Shown piece by piece: positions 1 to 6,854 of a DNA stretch of 10,062 nucleotides. Positions within the stretch are counted from its first letter, which is position 1, and every line of letters begins with the position of its first letter. The stretch is taken from NCBI GenBank assembly GCA_913020725.1, contig CAJWCD010000125.1, positions 1-10,062 on the forward strand, written 5' to 3'. The DNA comes from an uncultured Pseudomonadota bacterium. Its GTDB lineage: Bacteria; SAR324; NAC60-12. The notes under the pieces were generated by a model that ran no database searches, was not told the origin of the DNA, and saw only the letters and a program-made list of their open reading frames with translations. A program made the position numbers and the translations under genes.

Positions 1-1729
1 CCCAGTGCGCGAGCCGGAAATAGTTGATGTGCCAGTGCGGGACCATGTAGTGGCCCCAGAGCAGGGCGCGGTCGAGGGCGCGGGTGCGGTCAATCAGCGC
101 TTGCCGATCCGGAGCTTCAATCACGAGCCGGATGAGTTGGTCAATCGCCGGGTTGCAAATCCCCATCACATTGCGAGTTCCGGGTGTGTCGGCAGCTTTG
201 CAACTCCAATAGTTATCCTGCTCGTTTCCGGGAGAAAGCGACTGTCCAACGCTCATCACGATCATGTCGAGATCGTACTTGCGGTAGCGTTCGATGAATT
301 GCGAGGTGTCCACCACCCGGATGGTGGCTGCAATGCCGAGCTTCTCAAGATTCTTCGTGAAGGGCAACACAATGCGCTCAAACGCTTTTGAATAAAGCAG
401 CACTTCAAACTTCAATTCCTCGCCTGTTTTTGTGTGGACACGCTGGTTGTCCTTGACCTCCCACCCTGCTTCCTTGAGCAGCCGTGAGGCCGCCCGCAGA
501 TTGCTGCGGATGAGGCCACTGCCATTCGTGACCGGAACCTTGAACTCGGAAGTGAACACCTCTTCCGGGAGGTCGTTGCGGAAGGGTTCAAGGATTTTCA
601 ACTCGGCAGCAGTCGGCATTCCGCTGGAGGCGAGTTCGGAGTTCTCAAAGTAGCTGTTGGTGCGTCGGTACTGTCCGTAAAACAGGTTCTTGTTGCTCCA
701 CTCAAAGTCGAAAGCGTAGCCAATCGCCTCGCGTACCTTGGAGTCCTTGAAGAAGGAGCGACGCGTGTTGAACGCGAAACCCTGCATGCCACGTGGCAGT
801 TCATGCCCAATCTCCGATTTGACGATGCCTCCGGAGTCAAAGTTCCTGCCCGTGTACATCGTGCCCCAGAACTTCGAGTTGTTCTCGTTGCGGAAGTCGT
901 ACTCGCCTGCCTTGAATGCCTCCAGCGAGACCGTTTGGTCGCGGTAGTAGTCGTAACGCACAAGGTCGAAGTTGTTTTGGCCGCGATTCACCGGGAGGTC
1001 CGCACCCCAATAATTTTCAACCCGCTCGTAGAGGATGTACTTGCCGGCTTCAAAGTCCTTGATGCGGTACGCGCCACTGCCCAGCGGCGGCTCCAGCGAG
1101 GATTTCGAGAAGTCTCGGCCCTGCCACCAATGCTCTGGAAACACGGGCAACTGCCCCATGATCAGTGGAAGTTCGCGGTTGGTCGTGCCTTCCTTGAAGT
1201 GAAACTTGACGCGGTTGTTTCCGGTGTCTTCCACCTTCGTCACATCCCCGTAGTAGGATTTGTAGAAGGGCGACCCCTTCGTGATCAGCGTGTTGAAGGT
1301 GAAGATCACATCGGCGGGAGTGATCGGTTTGCCGTCGTGGAACCGCGCCTTGGGGTTGAGGTGAAAGGCGACCCAACTGCGGTCTTCTGGATATTCAATC
1401 TTTTCTGCGATAAGTCCATATTCCGTGAACGCTTCGTCGTCCGAACCGGACATCAGCGTGTCGTAGATCATGCCGACACCATCTGCCGCCTCGCCCTTGG
1501 GGATGAAGCCGTTGAAGCTGTCAAAGCTGCCGGTCGATGCCATCCGCACTTTCCCACCCTTGGGCGCGTTGGGATTGACGTACTCGAAATGCGCGAAACC
1601 CGCGTTGTACTTGGGGTCGCCGTTCATCGCAATCCCGTGGGCGGTGATCACTTGCGCTGAGGCTTGTCCTGCTAAGGTGAGTCCGAGCAGGGTGCTGAAG
1701 CAGAGCAGTTGAAGTTTTCGCAGAGTCAT
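1..1729 (-). CDS. yejA: ABC transporter extracellular solute-binding protein, family 5 (YejA / microcin C-peptide binding type); 3' end lies beyond the left edge
   Basis: Manual minus-strand translation from ATG at 1729 (AAGGA SD about 7 nt upstream): signal peptide MTLRKLQLLCFSTLLGLTLAGQASA, then HGIAMNGDPKY..FAHFEYVNPNAPKGG..GSFDSFN..YDTLM...DEAFTEYGLIAE..PEDRSWVAFHLNPKARFHDGKPIT. The same frame at the left edge reads WGHYMVPHWHINYFRLAHW. These are YejA-family signatures. It is missing from the ORF track because no stop codon lies in the window. Confidence 0.93.
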   Translation of the reverse strand, partial: MTLRKLQLLCFSTLLGLTLAGQASAQVITAHGIAMNGDPKYNAGFAHFEYVNPNAPKGGKVRMASTGSFDSFNGFIPKGEAADGVGMIYDTLMSGSDDEAFTEYGLIAEKIEYPEDRSWVAFHLNPKARFHDGKPITPADVIFTFNTLITKGSPFYKSYYGDVTKVEDTGNNRVKFHFKEGTTNRELPLIMGQLPVFPEHWWQGRDFSKSSLEPPLGSGAYRIKDFEAGKYILYERVENYWGADLPVNRGQNNFDLVRYDYYRDQTVSLEAFKAGEYDFRNENNSKFWGTMYTGRNFDSGGIVKSEIGHELPRGMQGFAFNTRRSFFKDSKVREAIGYAFDFEWSNKNLFYGQYRRTNSYFENSELASSGMPTAAELKILEPFRNDLPEEVFTSEFKVPVTNGSGLIRSNLRAASRLLKEAGWEVKDNQRVHTKTGEELKFEVLLYSKAFERIVLPFTKNLEKLGIAATIRVVDTSQFIERYRKYDLDMIVMSVGQSLSPGNEQDNYWSCKAADTPGTRNVMGICNPAIDQLIRLVIEAPDRQALIDRTRALDRALLWGHYMVPHWHINYFRLAHW

Positions 1730-1871
1730 GGGTTGTCCTTGGATGGTTGGTTGAAAGCAAGCAGTGTCTCACAGAACACCGAGGGTTCAAGTCGAACACA
1801 CACATTTGGAGGGTGCGAACGCCAGTCGTTCATGATAAGGTAGAGGATATTGAATTCACAATGAAGATAGA

Positions 1872-2060
1872 ATGCCACTTTACGACTACCACTGTGAAGA
1901 TTGCAAGGGGGAGTTCACGGAACTGCGACGCCTTGCCGAGATGGACACGCCGATTGCATGCCCCTGCTGCGGCTCCCGCGACACGGAGCGCGCGGTCAGC
2001 GGGTTTGCGGTAGGCGCGGGGAGTTCCGGAGCCACGGCCGCACGCAGCCCCTTCCGCTGA
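1872..2060 (+). CDS. FmdB-family zinc-ribbon protein (CxxC-x~17-CxxC with Ser/Gly-rich tail); may extend to 2069 if UGA 2058-2060 is read as selenocysteine
   Basis: MPLYDYHCEDC...CPCCGS..TERAVSGFAVGAGSSG matches the MPxYxYxCxxC...CPxCGS...R.xS pattern of the FmdB/CxxC_CxxC_SSSS family. Confidence 0.9.
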   Translation: MPLYDYHCEDCKGEFTELRRLAEMDTPIACPCCGSRDTERAVSGFAVGAGSSGATAARSPFR

Positions 2061-2071
2061 GCGGCTTGACG

Positions 2072-2089
2072 CCGGGCTGGTCAGCCCGG
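2072..2089 (+). promoter_or_regulatory. Candidate bacterial SECIS element (stem CCGGGCT/AGCCCGG, loop GGTC)
   Basis: Perfect 7-bp stem with a GGUC loop, starting 11 nt after UGA 2058-2060. It has no convincing U-tract (followed by AACTTTCT), so it is a poor intrinsic terminator. Confidence 0.6.
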
Positions 2090-2165
2090 AACTTTCTCCA
2101 AAACGTCATCACACCGCTGCTCCGGGGCCGAAGTGTCCCTTCGATTTCTGCCCTGCACGCAACTC

Positions 2166-3521
2166 ATGGACGCACACGTCAGCCCAGAAGGCACCCTTGA
2201 CTTCCTCTCAAAACGGGAAATCCTCAAGCTGCGGGATGCCAGTGAGGGTGGGTTGTATGACCTCTTTCAGCGCTGTGCCCTCGCCGTCCTCAATTCCGGG
2301 AGCAAGACCGACAACACCAAGGAGGTTCTGGAGCAGCATCAGGATTTTGAAATCCGGCTTGTCCCCCAAGCCTTTGGGGTGAAGCTGGAGGTGCGCAACG
2401 CTCCGGACTCCGCATTCGTTGACGGGCGCATGATCCGGGGCATCCGCAACCATCTCTTTGCCGTCCTCCGGGATATCCTCTACGTCAGCAACCAGCGCGA
2501 GCAGCGGCTGTTCGACCTTGATTCTCAGGAGGGCACCACCGAGTTTGTCTATCACATTCTCCGCAATGCCGGAGTCCTCCGCAACCCGGAACGGCTCAAC
2601 CTCGTCGTCTGCTGGGGTGGGCACTCGATCAACCCCGTCGAATACACCTACACCAAGGAGGTGGGTTATCATCTGGGGTTGCGCGGGTTCAACATCTGCA
2701 CAGGCTGCGGCCCCGGTGCGATGAAGGGGCCGATGAAAGGTGCGGCGGTGGGACACGCCAAGCAGTGCAGCGAGGATGGCCGTTACGTTGGCCTCACCGA
2801 ACCCGGCATTATCGCCGCAGAATCCCCCAACGCGCTCGTCAACGCGCTCGTCATCCTCCCGGACATTGAGAAGCGGTTGGAGGCGTTCGTGCGACTTGGA
2901 CACGCCTTCATCGTCTTCCCCGGAGGAGTTGGGACGACGGAAGAAATCCTCTACCTCGCAGGCATCCTGCTACACCCAGAAAACGCGGGGCTGCCCTTTC
3001 CCATCATCTTCACTGGACCCAAGGAGAGCGCGGCCTACTTCGAGCAGATTGACTACTTCCTTGGGGGCATCCTCGGGCATCAAGTCCGCAAGCTCTACCG
3101 CATCATCATCGGCCAGCCCGAAGAAGTGGCCCAGAGCATTCAAGCTCATGTTGCGGCGGTCCAGAACCACCGCCGGGACAGCGGCGATGCCTTCTACTTC
3201 AACTGGATGCTGAAAATCGACCGCGCCTTGCAGGAGCCGTTTCACCCGACTCACGCGAACATGGCCGACCTGCCCCTCAACGAGAACCTGCCACCACACG
3301 AGTTGGCCACCAACCTCCGGCGACTTTTCTCCGGCATCGTTGCAGGCAACGTCAAGGACGAGGGCATCCGGGCGGTGGAGCAAAACGGACCGTTTTTGCT
3401 CAACGGCCAACAACGGCTACTCTCGATGCTGGACCGCCTGCTCAGCGCATTTTGCGAACAGCAGCGCATGAAGCTTCCGGGGCACGCGGAGTACCAGCCG
3501 TGCTATCGGTTGGTCGCATGA
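2166..3521 (+). CDS. ppnN: Pyrimidine/purine nucleotide 5'-monophosphate nucleosidase PpnN (YgdH, LOG/SLOG family)
   Basis: Colinear with E. coli PpnN as recalled: HVSPEGTLDFLS..LYDLFQRCALAVLNSGS.TDN, AFVDGRMIRGI..HLFAVLRDIL, VVCWGGHSI, CTGCGPGAMKGPMKGAAVGHAKQ, PDIEKRLEAFVR, LOG motif PGGVGTTEE, FSGIVAGNVK, QQRMKLPG..YQPCY. ATG 2166 is preferred over GTG 2133 by homology length. Confidence 0.95.
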   Translation: MDAHVSPEGTLDFLSKREILKLRDASEGGLYDLFQRCALAVLNSGSKTDNTKEVLEQHQDFEIRLVPQAFGVKLEVRNAPDSAFVDGRMIRGIRNHLFAVLRDILYVSNQREQRLFDLDSQEGTTEFVYHILRNAGVLRNPERLNLVVCWGGHSINPVEYTYTKEVGYHLGLRGFNICTGCGPGAMKGPMKGAAVGHAKQCSEDGRYVGLTEPGIIAAESPNALVNALVILPDIEKRLEAFVRLGHAFIVFPGGVGTTEEILYLAGILLHPENAGLPFPIIFTGPKESAAYFEQIDYFLGGILGHQVRKLYRIIIGQPEEVAQSIQAHVAAVQNHRRDSGDAFYFNWMLKIDRALQEPFHPTHANMADLPLNENLPPHELATNLRRLFSGIVAGNVKDEGIRAVEQNGPFLLNGQQRLLSMLDRLLSAFCEQQRMKLPGHAEYQPCYRLVA

Positions 3522-3594
3522 CCCCGCTCCTTGTCCCTCTCGAACACACCAAGCTTCCCTACAGAATCATCACGAGTTTCTGATTTCCATGGGG

Positions 3595-4023
3595 TCAGTA
3601 CATGGGATCGCCGGATCCGACTTGCTCCCGGATATCTTGCACGCCTCCTTGCGGTTTTCCACTTCGTTGGGGGTGTTGCTCGGTACGGTAGCGGCGCAGC
3701 AGAGTCCAGCCCCAGCCCACCACTTTGTTGTCCATCAACACCACCGGGGTCAATTCGTCATCGGTGATGGCGTTGTCCGCCGCTTTGAGATCAGTGTAGT
3801 AGAACAGCAACTCCACGGTCTCGCCCTTGGGCATCCTCATCAGTTCGGTGCGGTAGGGTTTGCGCATGATCCGCAGCACCTCTTTGCGGTTCATGTCAAT
3901 GCTGAGGCGGCTGAGGTTGTCGCGGTTCTGTTCCCGGATGGCGGAGGGTCGAGTGCAACCGACCAACAGGGAGATTCCCACCAGCACCAAGGTCATTGTT
4001 TGGATGAACGAAGTTCGGATCAT
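3595..4023 (-). CDS. DUF3192-like lipoprotein (BamE/SmpA-like small fold)
   Basis: ATG 4023 with AGAGG SD, 1 nt after the sirtuin stop. Hydrophobic stretch and lipobox LLVG-C, then NRDNLSRLSIDM...EV..IM.KP..TE...LLFYYT....D..ITDDELTPVVL.DNKVVGWG, resembling DUF3192. Confidence 0.75.
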   Translation of the reverse strand: MIRTSFIQTMTLVLVGISLLVGCTRPSAIREQNRDNLSRLSIDMNRKEVLRIMRKPYRTELMRMPKGETVELLFYYTDLKAADNAITDDELTPVVLMDNKVVGWGWTLLRRYRTEQHPQRSGKPQGGVQDIREQVGSGDPMY

Positions 4024-4024
4024 T

Positions 4025-4762
4025 TCATGCCTCTGCGCTTTCCTGAAAATACTCCGTAGCCGAACCTCTAAACGAAACTTCGGCCACCGCATCCACCTCA
4101 CCCGGATGCGGGTTGACATTGACGACCACGGCTCCGGCGAGCCGTGCCTGTTCCGCTAACCAAACGGGGGTGTGAATCACCCCAGCGGTGCCAATCACCA
4201 GCGCCACGTCACAACTTCGGCAGGCGTCCATTGCTTCCGGAAGCGGATAGTCTTCGTAGCTCTCGCCGATGAAGCAGACGTGCGGACGCCAGCCGTGCAA
4301 CTCCTCGTCGGCTGGAGACGACGACACCCACGATTCCGGAAGCGGGCAGCGCTCGCCTGTTTTCAGATTTCGCTTCTCACGGATGCTGCCGTGGATTTCG
4401 TGAACTCGCTGGCTCCCTGCCTTGCGGTGCAGTCCGGAGACGTTTTGCGTGACGAGGCCCAGAAACCGCTCGCCCAGCGCGGCTTCAAGCCCGGCAAGCG
4501 CAAAATGCGAGGCGGCGGGTGGCGTAGCGTGGTAGCTCACGAAACGCTTCAGGTACCAACGCCACTGTCGGAGGGGTTCTGCGTGGAGGGCATCTACAGA
4601 GGCCAAGTAGGTCGCCTCCTTGTCCTCATAGTAGCCTTTTTCTCCTCGGAAAGTGGGCAGTCCTGCTTCGGCGTCAATGCCGGAACCCGTGATCACAACC
4701 GCGCGTGCGTGGCCTTCCCGGAGTCCGGCAGGGGTGAATGCAAAGGGCAAGGTCTCAGGCAT
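4025..4762 (-). CDS. Sir2/CobB-family NAD-dependent protein deacylase, divergent (class III-like, lacks Zn-binding cysteines)
   Basis: ITGSGIDAEAGLPTFRG, WRWYLKR, VTQNVSGLHRKAGS, EIHGS, RPHVCFIGE, VIGTAG, VNVNP are sirtuin motifs. Start placed at ATG 4762; the upstream part of the 4025..5155 ORF is non-homologous and overlaps the divergent gene. Confidence 0.9.
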   Translation of the reverse strand: MPETLPFAFTPAGLREGHARAVVITGSGIDAEAGLPTFRGEKGYYEDKEATYLASVDALHAEPLRQWRWYLKRFVSYHATPPAASHFALAGLEAALGERFLGLVTQNVSGLHRKAGSQRVHEIHGSIREKRNLKTGERCPLPESWVSSSPADEELHGWRPHVCFIGESYEDYPLPEAMDACRSCDVALVIGTAGVIHTPVWLAEQARLAGAVVVNVNPHPGEVDAVAEVSFRGSATEYFQESAEA

Positions 4763-5053
4763 GGTTTCAGTGCGATTTGTTGTCTGTGGATTTTTACATG
4801 GTGAGGCGGTTGGGGTCAACGAAAACCATGCTGTTGTGCAAGTGCCTTGATTTTCCGGGAGCAATCCCTTACACCATTTCAGTGCCTCGTTGGGAGTTGA
4901 CCCAGCGGCGCCCTGCTCAGCACAAAAGCCCAGAAAATCGCCCGCGATTCCGGAGCTTTGATTTACTGGAAGGGGGCCGAGGAGTCCGATAAACAGATTT
5001 ACGCGGACTTCAAGGCGATGGAAGTGATTTTCAAGCGCAGGGGAGATTTGTAA

Positions 5054-5100
5054 ACTCGCCTTCCCACCTTCATCACGCCCGCTTTCTTTGGAAGGCGGGT
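5054..5100 (+). promoter_or_regulatory. Alternative stem-loops in the leader of the dikinase operon
   Basis: GGAAGGCGGGT (5090-5100) can pair with ACTCGCCTTCC (5054-5064) or, via 5091-5100, with GCCCGCTTTC (5077-5086). Confidence 0.35.
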
Positions 5101-5129
5101 GGTTCCCATATCCTCTCTTTTGACCACTC

Positions 5130-6854
5130 ATGCCCTTTTCCGAAGCTGAAATCATTGCCGATCCCGGCTACCCCGGCTGGCATTCCGGGATGGCGGTCGG
5201 CCCCCGGATGCACACCGTCGCTCGACCGATTGGCCCTGAGTTGAAAGACAGCTTCTGGATTCTTGAATACCGCTGGTCCTACGGTATTCGGCCCCTCGGC
5301 TTCACCGTGGTGGATGACGCAATGAACTGGGGTTTACAGCGCGGCGCTTACGAAACGCATCTTCCCGGTTCGAACGGACAGGATTATGCGTTGGCGGGCG
5401 TTCATGCCTATTGTCGGGAATTGCCGCAGTTTTCGGTGCTGGAAGACGAAGCCCGTGAGCAGCGGCTTGATGCCTGCTTACCGTCGTTTCTGGAGGGTTT
5501 TTCGGCAAATTGGGCTGCAACCACCCGAACACTCGATGCGCGGGGCCGCACCCTTTGTGAATGCGACCTCAGCGGACTTGGCACAGGAGAGTTGCTGGAG
5601 TATCTGGAGGATGCGCGGCTTTACCTGCGCTGGGTTTGGGAGGTTCACTTTCAGTGGATGTACCCGTTGCTTGTGAACTATCTGGGCTTCACAGGTTTTT
5701 GTGAAGAATTGGGCATCGCGGCTGCGGAAGTCCCCAAGTTCCTAGCAGGAAATCCCAGCAAAATCACCGAGGGCGATCAGGCGCTCTTCAGTTTGGCGGC
5801 GGAAGCCCGGAACGCAGGGCTGGAGTCCGTCTTCAAGGAAAATGAGGCCGGGGGCATTGCCACCGCACTGGGCAAGGCCGGAGCGTCCGCAAGCGGTTTT
5901 CAGGACAAGCTGGAGAAATTTCTGCAAACCTGGGGCTGGCGTACGGAAAACGTCGGCGACCTTGGCATTGACAGTTGGCGGGAAAATCCAACCCCGGTGT
6001 TCGGCACGATCCGGACGCTGCTGGCGAAGGACTCCATCCCGGATGTGGCGACCGAGTTGCAGCATTCCGCCGCCGCTCGTGACGAGGCGATTGCTGCCAC
6101 ACGGGGCCGACTGAGCCGTTCGGAGCAGGTGTCGTTTGACGAGGGTTTGCAGGCCTTGCAGTCTGCGAATTTCATTTGGTGGAACGAGGATCACAATCAC
6201 TATATTGACATGCGCTCGACCATTCCCATGCGCCGCGCTGCACTGGCACTGGGAACCGTCTTGGGTTGTGCAAATCCAGACGACACGACTTTTCTCTTCT
6301 GGCCGGAACTGATCCGCTTGGCGGAAGGCCGCGCCAAGTTCAACGAATTCGCCAACCTGATCGGGGAACGCCGGGATTACTTCAAACAGTGGGCGGCACG
6401 GCGTGGCGAGATGCCCAAATACCTTGGCCCCACTCCGGAGCAAGTGACGGATCCCATCATGATTGAGATGGACGGCGTGACCGAGGAATTCCTGCGGGCT
6501 GTGCGCTTCAACCAGTCCGGAGCCGAATTCCTGACCGGCACTCCGGGAGGTGCAGGCAAAATACGAGGACGCGCCAAAGTGTTGCTGACCGCCGAGGGCA
6601 TCCACGCGCTGGCCCCCGGAGATGTGTTGGTCTGCGAGGGCACTTCTCCAAGTTGGACTCCGGCCTTTGCGAAAATCGCCGCCTGCGTTTGCGACACCGG
6701 GGGCAGCCTCAGCCATGCTGCCGTCATCAGCCGCGAGTACGGCGTTCCCAGCGTGCTCGGCACTGCGATTGCGACCAAGTTGATCCGGGAGGGTGATTTG
6801 GTCGAGGTGGACGGCAGCAAGGGCGAGGTGCGGGTTTTGGAGCGGGCCGTGTGA
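5130..6854 (+). CDS. PEP-utilising enzyme mobile-domain protein; phenylphosphate synthase alpha (PpsA)/CreH-like substrate-binding and phospho-His subunit
   Basis: C-terminal swivel domain GxPGGAGKIRGRAKV...GDVLVCEGTSPSWTPAFAKIAACVCDTGGSLSHAAVISREYGVPSVLGT...VEVDGSKGEV, with phospho-His529 at 6714-6716. The helical N-terminal region has W..HF, SWRENP, EDHNHYID and LGPTPEQVTDP..I...GVT, recalling PpsA/CreH/rifampin phosphotransferase. No pyruvate-binding barrel is present. Confidence 0.88.
   Translation: MPFSEAEIIADPGYPGWHSGMAVGPRMHTVARPIGPELKDSFWILEYRWSYGIRPLGFTVVDDAMNWGLQRGAYETHLPGSNGQDYALAGVHAYCRELPQFSVLEDEAREQRLDACLPSFLEGFSANWAATTRTLDARGRTLCECDLSGLGTGELLEYLEDARLYLRWVWEVHFQWMYPLLVNYLGFTGFCEELGIAAAEVPKFLAGNPSKITEGDQALFSLAAEARNAGLESVFKENEAGGIATALGKAGASASGFQDKLEKFLQTWGWRTENVGDLGIDSWRENPTPVFGTIRTLLAKDSIPDVATELQHSAAARDEAIAATRGRLSRSEQVSFDEGLQALQSANFIWWNEDHNHYIDMRSTIPMRRAALALGTVLGCANPDDTTFLFWPELIRLAEGRAKFNEFANLIGERRDYFKQWAARRGEMPKYLGPTPEQVTDPIMIEMDGVTEEFLRAVRFNQSGAEFLTGTPGGAGKIRGRAKVLLTAEGIHALAPGDVLVCEGTSPSWTPAFAKIAACVCDTGGSLSHAAVISREYGVPSVLGTAIATKLIREGDLVEVDGSKGEVRVLERAV

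Noticed and set aside
5..1712. Plus-strand ORFs 5..391, 803..1660 and other small ORFs over the yejA region
   Set aside because: Antisense or off-frame shadows of the YejA-like gene with no recognisable motifs; expected in GC-rich coding DNA.
1779..1797. GAGGGTTCAAGTC resembling a tRNA T-arm
   Set aside because: The T-stem does not close (followed by GAAC, not CCTC), and no cloverleaf or acceptor stem can be built.
2058..2069. Alternative genetic code (UGA = Trp/Gly) as explanation for the tandem UGAs
   Set aside because: ppnN, the sirtuin, both dikinase subunits and LysE end at TGA at plausible C-termini or in stop/start overlaps, and Trp is encoded by TGG.
2829..2852. Perfect 12-bp tandem repeat AACGCGCTCGTC x2 (NALV NALV) in ppnN
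   Set aside because: Aligns without a gap to the recalled E. coli segment NPLVNELI, so it is not an insertion and has no evident consequence.
2208..3469. Long minus-strand ORFs inside ppnN
   Set aside because: Antisense shadows of a highly conserved gene.
4847..5035. Three TGATTT-containing words in the divergent intergenic region as possible operator sites
   Set aside because: Short, irregularly spaced and not palindromic; cannot be distinguished from chance.
4763..5155. 131-aa N-terminal extension of the sirtuin in the ORF track
   Set aside because: No domain-like sequence; it spans the divergent intergenic region and overlaps the start of the dikinase gene.
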